NCBI RefSeq assembly: GCF_006345805.1
Contig: NC_043009.1
Coordinates: forward strand, 29,574,001-29,638,000
Direction of reading: 5' to 3'
Length of the DNA stretch: 64,000 nucleotides
From: Octopus sinensis
Taxonomy: Eukaryota
In this document: positions 24,291 to 37,600 of the stretch, in pieces
Position numbering within the stretch: the first letter of the stretch is position 1
How the letters are laid out: each line of letters starts with the position of its first letter
The notes under the pieces: model-generated
Database searches by the model: none
What the model was told of the DNA's origin: nothing
The model's input: only the letters and a program-made list of their open reading frames with translations
Translations under genes and position numbers: made by a program

Positions 24291-24479
24291 TCACAGATAT
24301 CTCAACTGTATCCTGCTTATCGCTTTCAATTTACTTGTATAGCATGACTAACATACGTATATATTATTACAGCAATCTATATACGTGAGTTAATGCAACT
24401 GTTCATGCTCCTTATTAATGGATCTCGCTCCTAAATTGATACCAAACTGTAATGGAGGAAAACGCTTTACGTATGTGTG

Positions 24480-24548
24480 CTTATCACAGCACTACATATA
24501 TGTGCATATGTGTGTGTGTGTATACATGTATGTATATGTGTAAATATG

Positions 24549-24592
<44 letters not shown>

Positions 24593-24761
24593 CATACGCA
24601 TATATATACATATATATATATATACATACATATATATGTATATATGTATATACATATATATTCATATATACACACATTTATATATATATTTATACATATA
24701 TTTATACATATATATGTATATATATATACACATATATGCATACAGGTATATATATATGCCC

Positions 24762-24803
<42 letters not shown>

Positions 24804-24880
24804 GGGTGGATGTATATATGACTTGCATGCTCACAAACGTGCACTTATACATATATATATATGTGTGTGTGTGTGTGTAA
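24480..24880. repeat. Interrupted (TA)n/(CATA)n microsatellite
   Basis: Directly visible. Confidence 0.95.
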
Positions 24881-25392
24881 TGTATACACATGCACACACA
24901 CACGCGCACACATTTACATCAGGCATCCTTTCTTACACGAAATTATATTGCATAAACTATTTAGAAGATTATCAAGTTATGGATGGTTGCATTTGATGAC
25001 CCATATACGTTCACCTTCCACAAATGCAATACGCTGCTGCAATTCTTACTCATGTTATCTTCCTACCTACCTGTCTGGTATCTTTCTTTCTTAGAAATTT
25101 AGTACGTTACACCAAGATGTTCCTCCTCCCCTTCTCCGTCTTCTCCCCAAAACTAATATAACTATATTATACTCTTTCGCGTAAATTCTGTTCGCTTTCA
25201 CCTATGAACGGATCGATAAATTACGCTAGGTAAAAAAAATGTATTTTTTCAATACTCCTGACAAAAAAAAAAAAGAAATTTTCTGCACTTCGGAATATTA
25301 GTTAATGAATGTAAACTCATACACTCACTGATTTAGTTATCCCAATCCACACACACACTTAATCACTTTCTATACAACGGTGTGTGCGTGTA

Positions 25393-25396
<4 letters not shown>

Positions 25397-25455
<59 letters not shown>

Positions 25456-25551
25456 CTCTTTACTTGTCTCACTGTTTACCAGTCTCTAGCGCTCTCTACC
25501 TATCTATATTCTGAGTCTGTCTCTGTCTGTCTGTCTCCCTCTCTATCTGTA

Positions 25552-25595
<44 letters not shown>
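25397..25595. repeat. (CT)n and (CTGT)n microsatellites
   Basis: Directly visible. Confidence 0.9.
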
Positions 25596-25597
<2 letters not shown>

Positions 25598-26763
25598 CTA
25601 AATTATATCTACATGAACATCTTCAAGTCATATATGTTAATTGGTGCAGAGTTTGGAATAAGACCATGATTGTTTTTTCTCCTGAATATTATGTAAGAGT
25701 TTCAAATATTGTTATACATGCTTTGGTTAACAATGCATATACTTATATATAGATACACACATATACTCTACATCTGTATTGAGTTCTCTTTTCTGTAGTA
25801 ATATCCATTCGATGTGCTTTGCATTGATAACAACTAATGCGAATGGTTATATATTTATGTACAGTTTGTATCCTGCATCATTGTGTTTAATGTTTGTACA
25901 CTTGTGATTCGTGCACCGACCACAGATACTTATATTTCTAAGTTCTCAAACAACATTATATTAGAATTTGATGATGTTTAAAGCCTTCAAGAGTAGTGAT
26001 GAAACTTAAGTTATCAAAACCTCACTGATATTCTATTGCAGGTTGGCGACAGAAGTTTTTAGAGCTCATTTTAATACAGCCTGGTTGTCGTTGATGTATC
26101 TGCTCGTGTCACTACTATATTTCTCTATTTTTCGTATGTAGGGTAATGCAAATTCTTAATTATCCTTATTATTTCTTGTTAGACTCTGATGAAGGGTAGT
26201 TGCGGAATTTTAAAACCAAAGCAATACCGTTTAATAAATAGGTATACTTTACAAGATAGAAATATAGTTAAACAACGGTTAAGAACAAGCACGAACACAC
26301 ATGTACGTATATATATAATCAGAGGATAAGTTAACCTCGTGAAAGGGTTGCACCCAAAGAAATACTGGTTTAATACCTAGTATTGTTGGGGAATGAAATT
26401 TTCTTATAACAATTTAATAGGCTTAAGCATTTAGTTTATATCCATATACCCATATATTAATCATATAATTTATATCCATATGGCATCACAAGCTACATCT
26501 TTTTTCTCTGATGAAATTATGCTCATGTCACATAAATGCAAATTTAATGTACAAATTTGTAAGTAAATTATTAAGTATTAATTGAAACGGCTGTAAGAAG
26601 CGAAGACGACCAATTTGTTAATAATAAATAATTGTTAATTTCCTTATTTCCATTCTACTTCTTTTAACTACACACACACACACACACGCGTACACACACA
26701 TATGCACATGTGCAAATGTAAATATACATATATATATATATTTGTAAGTATACTCACATATAC

Positions 26764-26807
<44 letters not shown>

Positions 26808-26808
26808 C

Positions 26809-26852
<44 letters not shown>

Positions 26853-27365
26853 ATACTTATATACATGTATGTGTATGAATCATTGTATACATTTGTATGA
26901 GTGTATTTGAGTATGTATTATACATATTTTGCTGAAGCATAACTAACGACTGAAAACAGGCTCTTCTTAATTGTCTATGAAAATGCATATATTACACCGA
27001 ATTACGTACAAACATTTTGTCTTTCATTCTTCAGACGGAGCGATCCAATGATCCGACCGTTGGAAATATGAAACCAGCGGCAAAAGAATTAAAATTTCTA
27101 TACGAACAACGAAAAACATAACAACGAAAAACATAACGAAAAATCTATCTTCATTCTGTAGTGACCAAATTGCACCAGGCTCTGCAAGAGGTCAACGTGG
27201 GTCATTTGTTGTCACTCTGATGGTTGTTACTTTATGATCTTATGTTAGTTTCCAAACGTTCAAGTTTACAAAGAATTATATATCATTAATACGCATATAC
27301 ACACGTACACACATACATAGACACATAAACACTCACATATACACACACGCATTCTTTTGTTATTT

Positions 27366-27560
27366 TATTTGTCTTGGTTCTTTTGACTGCGGCCATGCTG
27401 AGGCACTTCCTGTTTAGTCGAATATATCGACCCCAGGACCTATTCTTTGTAAGCCTAGTACGTATTCTATTGTTTACTTTTGCCGAACCGCTACGTTACG
27501 TGGTCGTAACCACACCAGCATCGGTTGTCAAGCGATGTTGTGGGGACAAGCACAAACACA
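27366..27560 (+). mobile_element. SINE-like family B
   Basis: tttgactgcggccatgctg...cgaccccaggac...gccgaaccgcta...gtcaagcgatgttgtggggacaa. Confidence 0.8.
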
Positions 27561-28649
27561 CAAATATATACACACACACATATATACAGACTTTATTTGT
27601 GTACAAAGATTTCCAAAATCTAGATAAACAACATTCCTCCATGTGATCGACTATCAAGATATTAAGACCTTTTTTTCTACGTGAAACAAATGGTAGCCTT
27701 AATACACAAATAAATAATTTTTATCCACCTGTAATGTGATGAGAACTCATTCTCACTGTTACACAAACGCACACACATTCACACACATTCACACACATAT
27801 ACACATAGACACACACAAACATACTTACACACATATAATTATTCACGCAACTTAGTGAGTTACGGTTTTGGAAGTGCTGCACCGTTTCTTTGTAAGGTCA
27901 GTAAAATATTTGCCACTGTGAAGGCTAATTTACAATAAAATTCTGCCGCTGAATAGGAACCTTGATACCTATGATTAAAACGGAGAAGGTTAACATGTGT
28001 ATTGCAAGCTTAACTCCTGATTTAGTAAAGAAATGGCCTTAAAATATTTGTTGTTATATTAATATTTAGAAAAAAAAAACTGTTAAAATTAATGTAATGA
28101 AACATAAAAACGTGTGTGTATATAAATGATCATATATGCAGAATAAATGAATACATAAGCATGGACTTTGAGAATAAACCATATGGCTTAGAAAAATAAT
28201 AATAAAAAATTTCAATTATAGCTATCCCCACTCTAGTCCTCCCCTTTGATACTGAAGCTGGTTCTCCTGTTTGTTTAGTGATAAGTTCTGTGGTAAATAA
28301 TCGATACTGGCTAAACATATATTCTAAGATGTGTGTAATGAGATGATCACAAATATTGCTGCAAGCAGAGCATGCTAATTTTTTTTTTTTTAACGAAATA
28401 ATGACAGAATATCATATTTGCAATTGAACGAAGCTAGTCATTCACTAGTAAACTGAAATATCCATCATATTATATAGGGGTAGGTTTCAGGAACTATCTG
28501 CCACATTGTTCGCATCAAATGCATTTATCCATTAACTCACATGAGTATATGCAAATGTGTACCTACGTACACAAACATATGTATATGTTTTAAAACACAT
28601 ACAAACACGTACACACACACACACAAACACACACACGCACATAAGTATT

Positions 28650-29150
28650 CCAGTATGTGAATAACTGGATGCGGCATAACTACACAATTGCCCCCCCCCC
28701 GCCACTAAATTTGTTTCTTCATGTCTTCCAAATAAATGGATATTTTTTAATGAAATTTTCTTAAAATACGCTTCAGTTGGTGTAGGTTCAGATTATACTG
28801 GAATTTATTGTAAAAACACTTTTTCCTAGGGGTGTTGAAGAAAGTTTCGGAATAGTCACATGAGTCAGCTTTGTTTCCTCATAACTTTCACCAGAATTAG
28901 TATTTTTAAGTGAAACTTTTTATGAATAAATTTCAGAGAGTGCACACTACGATTATATCAGAATTTAATGTGGAAACAAATCGTGAGCTGCAGACTTAAG
29001 GAATGATACACATCACAGTTTTTTTTTTCGAAATTTTAAGTTTCATTTTGTAGACAAATGTAACGTGTCCGCACCAGAGTTATCCCCTCAGGTTATAATG
29101 ATGGACGGTACAAAGCTTTCAATTCATTGGCAGCAAATTTCGATTTTACA
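28650..29150. mobile_element. Probable non-autonomous DNA transposon relic
   Basis: Internal repeated motif (tatttttaatgaaattt / tatttttaagtgaaactt) typical of such elements; termini not resolved. Confidence 0.3.
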
Positions 29151-29840
29151 GTACAACAGGTCAAAATCCTCCATTGCCTGAGATTTAGATTTTTTCAATA
29201 ATAAGTGATGAGATTATTAAAGTAACTACCACAATTCAGCTAAAAGCGATATCAACAATGATGGGTGGCTTTTGTTTATAATTTTTATTTTCGGTCATCC
29301 TATTCTACAGGAATGCAATGTTTAAATTCCATGGCTGCTCAGCATACTAACCATATTTCTATTGATAAGAAATGACATCAGTTACAATAACTTTAGTCCT
29401 GTTTTCCAACCATGCCATTACTAAAACTGATATTAATTTTATCATCGTGATTATAAAAAGCATAAAATATAGAATGCCAGATTCCCATTTTAATAATATT
29501 CTAACCTCTCTCCTCCACAATCTGTTCAATTTATTTTATTGATTATCTGGATATTAAAAGCAGATTACTCATACACACCTTATGAATTATGTTTTTCTTT
29601 CGCCTTATTTTTCGAATCCATTTTGCTGGACATAAATTTTTAAAAAGCTCAATAACTCTTCAATGCTGGTTTAACGGAATATTCTTCGGCTCTGTCGAAG
29701 AATAAGCCTGCAAGCAACATGTTTAATGGCATCATCCAATGCAATGTATCTTTCTAAGAGGCAACACTCCACTATACGAAATGGATGCTTCGATTTTACT
29801 TCTGTGATTAGTAGTAAGGTGAACTTAGGCTTTTCTGTAA

Positions 29841-30215
29841 GGCGGCGAGCTGACAGAAACGTTAGCACGCCAGGAGAAATGCGTAGCCGTATTTCGTCTG
29901 ACGTTACGTTCAAATTACTCCAAGGTCGACTTTGCCTTTCATACCTTCGGGGTCGATAAATTAAGTACCAGATATGCACTGTGGTCGATATAATCGACTT
30001 GATCCGTTTGTCTGTCCATGTTTATCCTCTCTGTGTTTGGCCTCTTGTGGGTAGTAAAGAAATAGATATTTCGTCTGTCTTTATTTTCTGAGTTGAAATT
30101 CCGCATGTCATCTTTTCGCGGTCGATAAATTAAGTACCATTTAGGGTTAGGATCGATCTCATCGACTGGCTCCCTCCCTCAAAATTTCGGGCCTTGTGCC
30201 AAGAGTAGAAAAGAA
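29841..30215 (+). mobile_element. tRNA-derived SINE family C with internally duplicated body
   Basis: ggcggcgagctgacagaaacgttagcacgcc head, B-box-like gttcaaatt, and a second tatttcgtctg...gtcgataaattaagtacc block. Confidence 0.85.
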
Positions 30216-30574
30216 CTTAGACTACTCTAGTTCCAGGTTGATAAAAATAAATACTCAGTACCTTTACGAACCAATAATTGGAGGGAAGTTAATTATATAC
30301 AAAACAAGGACTGGTTTCATAATGTTTCGATTTTGTCTTCAGCTACATTCTTGCACATCCCGTATGGCATTGCCATCAAGCTTTATGCTTTTGCACTTCA
30401 CGGAGGCAACATCAATATTATGACTTGAAGAAGTTTACTGGTCGGAGGTTTAACTTTCCGAGTGTTTTTGCAGGGCTTAGAAAAACTGAAGGACCGCCTT
30501 AATAACTATGTGAATCTGAGAGGGGAATATGGTGAATAAATTAATAATTAACTTATATTTTAATTTTTTTAATT

Positions 30575-30725
30575 CTTTTACTTGTTTTAGTCACTTTACT
30601 GCGGTCATGCTGGAGCAGCACCTTTAGTCAAACAAATTGACTGCAGGATTTATTCTTTGTAAACCTAGTACTTACTCTATCGTCTCTTTTGCCGAACCGC
30701 TAAATTACGGGGACAAACATAGACA
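30575..30725 (+). mobile_element. SINE-like family B
   Basis: tttacttgttttagtcactttactgcggtcatgctggagc...gccgaaccgcta...ggacaaaca. Confidence 0.8.
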
Positions 30726-30745
30726 CAAATACACACACACACATG

Positions 30746-30794
<49 letters not shown>

Positions 30795-30810
30795 ATATAT
30801 ATATATATAC

Positions 30811-31020
30811 GAGGGGCTTCTTTCAGTTTTATCTACCAAACCCACTGAGAAGGCTTTGGTCGGCCCGAGGCTTCAGTAGAAGACTATTGCCCAAGAGTCT
30901 TACCACGCAGCCACACCTGCACCTATAAAAGACACTTATCCAGGGTGCCACGCAAAGTGACTGAACCGGAAATCATGTGATTGTAGAGCGAGCTTCTTAA
31001 CCACGCAACCAGACTTGCGC
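30811..31020 (-). mobile_element. Two adjacent partial SINE family A copies
   Basis: Reverse complement of family A; the first copy has an internal deletion joining head to 3' half. Confidence 0.7.
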
Positions 31021-31310
31021 ACAAAGCAAGGAACTTTTTAGAAACCCTTCGTATATTCAACTTCTTCCTTGTAATGGATGCTGTACATGCTTCCAGATAA
31101 ACAACAAAAATATGCTCAGACGAATTTGACTCGGTTGATTATGGTGCTAAAATGTTACAATGCTGCATTTGGAGTCAGTTTCTCATTGCATTGGCAATGA
31201 ATCGAGATGTTTTCCAAGTAGCATATTACTGACAAATCAATTAACGAATATTTGCAATTGGAAACTTACTCTCCAGCACAGAGAAAAAGAAAGAATAAAT
31301 TTAAAAAATA

Positions 31311-31470
31311 GGCGTAGGCGTGGCTGAGTGGTAAGAAGCTTGCTTTCCAACTAAATGGTTCTGGGTTCAATCCCACTTTGTAGCCCCTTGAGCAAGTGTC
31401 TTCTAATGTAGCCTCGGGCCGACCAAATCCTTGTGAGTACAATTGCTAGACGGAAACTGGAAGGAGCCCG
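31311..31470 (+). mobile_element. tRNA-derived SINE family A
   Basis: ggcgtaggcgtggctgagtggtaagaagcttgc...gggttcaatccc...cctcgggccgacc...gacggaaactg. Confidence 0.85.
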
Positions 31471-31517
31471 ATATATATATATAAATGTATATATATATAT
31501 ATGTATATATATACATA

Positions 31518-31567
<50 letters not shown>

Positions 31568-31611
31568 TATATATATGTGTGTGTGTGTGTGTATGTATAT
31601 ATTTGTATGTG

Positions 31612-31790
31612 TGTTTGGGTTTGTTCCCCCGCCATCGCTTGATGACGTGTTTATGTCCCTGCAATTAGCGGTTCGGCGAAAGAGATCGATAGAATAAACA
31701 CTGGGTTTACAAAGAATAAGTCCTGGGGACGATTTCTTCGACCACGGCGATGTTTCAGTATGAAGCAATCATACTAACAGTAAAATGAAA
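31612..31790 (-). mobile_element. SINE-like family B
   Basis: Reverse complement of family B (tagcggttcggc...agaataagtcctgggg). Confidence 0.75.
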
Positions 31791-32705
31791 AGAATATAAT
31801 TTACATCCATAATCTGTTTTTGTGGATCATAAACTGTACATGAGGATTATCTCTACTAGAGAAGATTAAAAAGTTATTTTACTCAGGATATATTCTGAAT
31901 ATATCACCACATATATATACTAACGCGTGCACAAGCGCGCACATAAACACAAGCACACACGCACACACACACCCATATATATTCATATACACACATATAT
32001 ATGTATTCATACTTATATATGCATATATGGACATATATATCCTTAGATACGTATACATGTATGTATAAACAGGCAGAATCGTTCACTTCAAACACAAAAA
32101 CATCCTATTTAATGCAATTCTTGCTCTATACTAGTTATTAATAACTATGTTGTGGTTGAAAGAAAATCTTGTTGAGTCTGTTAGCATCCATTATTTGTAA
32201 TCTGCCAAATTTCTAATTAAAACAAAGTTCAAACAAGGATTATTTTTGTTTTTTTTTTCGAAAAAATAATTAATGTTACATGGATATTAATGTTTCATGG
32301 ATGTTTCTTTATCATAACATTTATGCCACCAAGTTTAAATCTACTCTCATAAATTTTCAATTATAACCATGTAGATTGGTTAGTTGTCTCTCCATCGCAT
32401 GATGTTCCTAAGAGATCTGACACTTTTTTCCTATTAACGCAGCGAGAACACTCCAGAATTAATTATATTTTACATTCTACCAATTTGTCTTCTATGGAAA
32501 CTTTATTGCTCTTCTACATAGAAAACATGTGTTCTCATGAACCAATGCCACAATTCTTAACTTCGTGGAATTTAGTCATTGCATTAAAGAAGTTATAGAA
32601 ATTGTTGCAAGATTCATAATTATTCTCTTTGTCATAGATATTTCCCTTAATGAGGATTTGAAATATGTTGGTGTTAAATTAACATAGCTTAGTTTATAAT
32701 AAACT

Positions 32706-33150
32706 AAGGTAGCTAACTGGTAGAATCATAAGCACACCGGACAAAATGTTTAGTGGCGTTTCGTCCGTCGTTACTTTCCGAGTTCTAGTTTAGCCGGGGT
32801 TGAGTTTTGCCTTTCATCTTTTCGAGGTCGATGAAATAATTACCAGTTGAATATTAGGGGTCAATGTAATCGACTTACTCTCTTGCTCTTAAATTGCTGA
32901 CCTTGTGGCAAAACTGGAAATCAGTAATATGTAATGAACTAAGGCAGCGAACTGGTTGAATAAAACACGCAGAGCAAAATGCTTAGCGGTATTTCGTCCG
33001 TCATTACGTTCTGAGTTCAAATCCCGACGAGTTCGATTTTACTTAATATCTTTTCTGGCTCGATGAAATAAATACCCGTTGAGTACTGGGGTCGATGTAA
33101 TTGACTTACCCTTCCAGTAAAACTTCGCCTTGTGTCAAAATTTTAAACTA
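32706..33150 (+). mobile_element. Two tandem SINE family C copies (32706-32925, 32941-33150)
   Basis: Each has the tatttcgtccgtc...gagttc...tcgatgaaataa...gtcgatgtaat(c/t)gacttac body. Confidence 0.8.
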
Positions 33151-34299
33151 ATATCAATATCATGTAATAAGCTATTATGTATAAACTACTGGACTTTGTT
33201 TTATATTCTGACGCCTTAGGGTTAAACTGGAAAAGCGAGGGAAAGAGGTTAAAGTTTAAAAATCATTGTATTTTCAGGTTACGTATGACTTCATATAACA
33301 TTGATACATTCTTCAAATAAATCTTTGAATGATAGAATCTTAAATTATTGTGTACTTTTAAAAACTTTTTATTTCTCCTTTTACTAAATCTAACCTCATT
33401 TTCTGTAAGATCTCATTTGCTATTAGTACGTCTTTATTCTTCATTTCTTCCTGCATGCAGTTACACCCCACCCCCACGCAACGAAATCATTCCTTCTCTC
33501 TCATTATATATCTCTCTTTATGCTTATGTATTTATCTGTGCGTGTGTGTGTGTGTGTGTATGTATGTGTGTATGTGCGTTATCTATATGAACGCAGGTGT
33601 ATGTGAATACGTTTTTAAATGTGTGAGCTTATATCATACATGTACAATATTTGAATTTTCTTTGCCTAAATGTCTTTGTCATGACCCTTTCACTATCAAC
33701 TGAAAGGCACAGTCGTAACTACTCGAGCACAAACGCATGTACACAAGTACACACACACACATACACACACACACACACAAACTAGCATTTTCATACATGT
33801 ATTGTTTAGAATCCTATATTTTGGTTCGTATATAGCCTAATAAATATACATACACATAAATATATATATACAGGCAGAAGCATACATACGAATACATACA
33901 TACATGCATACGCACATACATACACACATACATACATACATACATATATATATATATATATTATATATATATATATATATGTGTATATATATACATATTT
34001 TTATATATAAATACTTATACATATATGCACATATGTATGCTTTATGTGTATGAATGTAAGTATACCAAAAGATGTGTGTGAGTATGTGCATGTGTGCGTG
34101 CGTGTGTGTGTGTATGTGTACACATGCTGTTCCTTTCTTCATATATTTCTCATCTGATGACGTCAGTGAAGTCATGAATTAGCAAAACTTAAAAAAACAT
34201 AAATAAATAACTGTCTTTTAACTGAAAAAATTCAAAGGAAAATTAGAAATTATAATTACCACTTTCTACCTTTTCTTTGAGAAAATGACGACGGCGAAT

Positions 34300-34364
<65 letters not shown>

Positions 34365-34440
34365 GATGATCATAATAACGATGATGATAATGATGATGTT
34401 GGTAATGATACTGATTGTGGGAACGGTGATGATAATTATG
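34300..34440. repeat. (GAT)n microsatellite
   Basis: Directly visible. Confidence 0.95.
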
Positions 34441-35957
34441 AATCACTTTCTTTTTTCCTTTCCCATCGTAACTGACAATCTTGCCAAGAATAATATAGAC
34501 AACTGTTTAATGAATGTATGGAATAATAGATGGAAAGATAGCCTGATGGATAGACCAGATAGATAGATAGGTATGTAGATGTACATAGAGAAACACACAC
34601 ACAGAAGCAGGTACACACGCACACACACATATGTATATGTATGTGCATATACATAGGGATGTATTTAGAGGGGTGAGTGAGACAATCCATTGCTAGGGGA
34701 ATTAATATGTATAATAGTATGATAAATGCATCTCTGCCATTTCTTCAACTTGTGAAACTATGTTTTTTGTAGTTGCGTTTGTTTCACTCGGAGTTTGTTC
34801 TGATTCAGTTGTCTCCAATTTGCAAAACAAAAAAAAGTTAAACGGTATGGACAATACATTTTATGGAGCAGCATACAGGACTATATAATCTGTGATATCC
34901 TTCAAATATCTAATCCATTATGATGTAATCTGATAGATATTTGTCGTCTTATTTTTAGCTATTCGAATAATCCTGTTACTGTAATCTCACGCTGACTCGT
35001 GCGCGAATTGTTTTTCTCACGTTCGTTTGATAGGCATCTTACAGATTAGGTTGTAAACTCATTCATTGTCTACCTTCTTATGAACATTGTGATTATATCA
35101 ATAGATCTTAACTCTAACACCATCTCTTTCACTGCAAACAGCTTTCATCCTAATTAAATATATGCAGGTGTTCAAGTGAAGAAGGTGCATATCTCTTTAG
35201 CATTCATGGAGTTATAACCTTGTAAAGAATATGAGAGAATTTCGATTCAACCATGCTGCGCTTCAGTTTATAAGAGATAATAATACGTTATAACAATTGA
35301 TAGCAAACTTGAGCTCTAATTAACAGTGACATTCAGTTGGCTATAGATGTTTCTTGGATTTATTTTGTGCAGTAGAGATCCACAAGGACATGTTTTCTAA
35401 TTTTGAAAGATGATTCAACTTGTTCAAGGTAATTTATATCCGTCCATACGTGCTTACACAAGCATAAATGTACACAAAAACACACTCACAAACACACATA
35501 TACATGTGTGCGCATTTATGCATATATATATATATATATATATATATCAACAATCAAGGAACGGCCATAATAGGCCATTCACCCACTAGAAATAACAGCC
35601 AAAGCTTCAAAAATGGTCTATGACTATTTAATTTTTTCCCACTAGGCCGCTGGTGGCAAAAAAATTCTACAAAATTTTCTTTGCCGCCCTATATTGAATA
35701 ATTATATATATATATATATATAAAATCATAAGATTGTACATACATTCATACATACATACATACATACATACATACATACATACATACATACATACATACA
35801 TACATACATACATAATTTAATAATTATACATGCTTATAATTATATTAAGAGAACAAACGACCTTTCTCCAACATTCTTGAAGATACCGCGGCATTTTCAG
35901 GCATGCTAGAGATAGGTGAGTTTTTGCCCTTGTTCCTTTAATATAATTATATACATA

Positions 35958-36072
35958 TACGCATAGAGTGACCATGTGGTAAGTACCTTGCTTACAAACC
36001 ACATGATTCCGGGTTTAGTCCTACTACGTGGCACCTCGGGCCGACCAAAGCCATGTGTGTGAATTTGGTAGA
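35958..36072 (+). mobile_element. SINE family A, internally deleted
   Basis: gtggtaagtaccttgcttacaaaccacatgattccggg...cctcgggccgaccaaagcc. Confidence 0.75.
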
Positions 36073-36399
36073 TTTGCACTTTACTTATTTCTGGTCTTCT
36101 TAGTTTCGCCTGTGAGATCGTTGTAGTTTTGTGCAAGCCGTACTCGACTAAAACCCCTTGCAAGGACATAGCAGAGAGCTCTGTCAGCGATGGTCATGCT
36201 CGTTTATCGAGTAGACATCCATCATACACAGACATATGGATATATAGATGGATAGATAGAGAGATAGATGGCTAAATAAACAGATAAATATAGATAGACA
36301 GATACGTAGACAGACTGAAAGACAGACAGATGAATATATATTTACACACACACACGTACACACATACACACACAAACGCAGACACACGCACACAAACAC

Positions 36400-36424
36400 A
36401 TATAGATAGATAGATAGATTGATT

Positions 36425-36477
<53 letters not shown>

Positions 36478-36549
36478 AGCGAGAAAGACAAGAAAGATAG
36501 ATGAATAGATAGATAGATAGATAGATATATAATATAGATAGATAGATAA

Positions 36550-36610
<61 letters not shown>

Positions 36611-36635
36611 CAGACATGTTAGCCATTCAAGATAA

Positions 36636-36680
<45 letters not shown>

Positions 36681-36771
36681 TAGATAGATAAATAGATAAA
36701 GCGAGAAAGACAAGAAAGATAGATGAATAGATAGATAGATAGATAGATATATAATATAGATAGATAGATAA

Positions 36772-36864
<93 letters not shown>

Positions 36865-36885
36865 CAGACATGTTAGCCATTCAAA
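36400..36885. repeat. (GATA)n array with a duplicated ~220-250 bp higher-order unit
   Basis: Unique anchors aagcgagaaagacaagaaag (36477, 36699) and gacatgttagccattcaa (36613, 36867) each occur twice. Confidence 0.85.
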
Positions 36886-36929
36886 AAGGCACAAAGACTG
36901 CTAACTTCATTTAAACATGCCTTTGTAGT

Positions 36930-37600
36930 ATGGAGTCAAATGGTTCGTCTCTAGAAGTTGCGACCTGGTCAATCTGAAGATTTCATTGCATTTCAGTTCA
37001 ACACTGTTTGTGACTGGGTCACTATTTTGAGCGGAAAAGTATTGAGAATGTTTGAGAAACGTTCACAGCTTTTGTGCGTTCTTGAATATTTAACGTGTGT
37101 CTTCCACGCTGCGATTGTGTCATTCGTCTGCTGCAGCTGTAGACAAGACATGTTGGTATCGGTTGTTCGACCATCCGGAACGAACTCGAAGTAAGCCATT
37201 CCTTCATACGTCCACCAGACGCAGAGAATGGAAACGCCTATGCTTGGCACAGGTTCCGGAAGCCGGTCCTCGCTAAACCATTGCTTATACACATACAGAT
37301 TGCGTAAAAATATCTCTCTCGGATTATGACTTTATTACGCTCTTGAAGATTCATCGATCAAGGAGGAAAGGTGGTAGTTTCAGAGAAGGAATTCTTCACC
37401 TAGAAGGACAATAAATGGTATCTGCGTGCGTTTAAAAGAAAATTGACAGGAATATGGCTCCAGACTGTGCGACACAATGGTTTTTACTTCGAATGCTAAG
37501 CTGCTTTTGTTGTAGCTTAACGAGTAAAGCAAATATGTTACCGAAATACTGTGAAACTTTTGACTCAACACAATAGTTTCAAGACAGCATCATATCAAAT
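36930..37600 (-). mobile_element. Decayed mariner transposase
   Basis: ORF 36993..37292 has PEPVPSIGVSILCVWWTYEGMAYFEFVPDGRT (xCVWWDxxGxxYFELL); HTH-like N-terminal remnant near 37380-37570. Confidence 0.75.

Noticed and set aside
26180-26230. CTGATGAAGGG Penelope-like motif
   Set aside because: The GAAA core and helix III are missing.
36070-36195. Minus-strand CTGACAGA...GGCGAAAC
   Set aside because: Extra base in the core, no cleavage triplet and no helix I.
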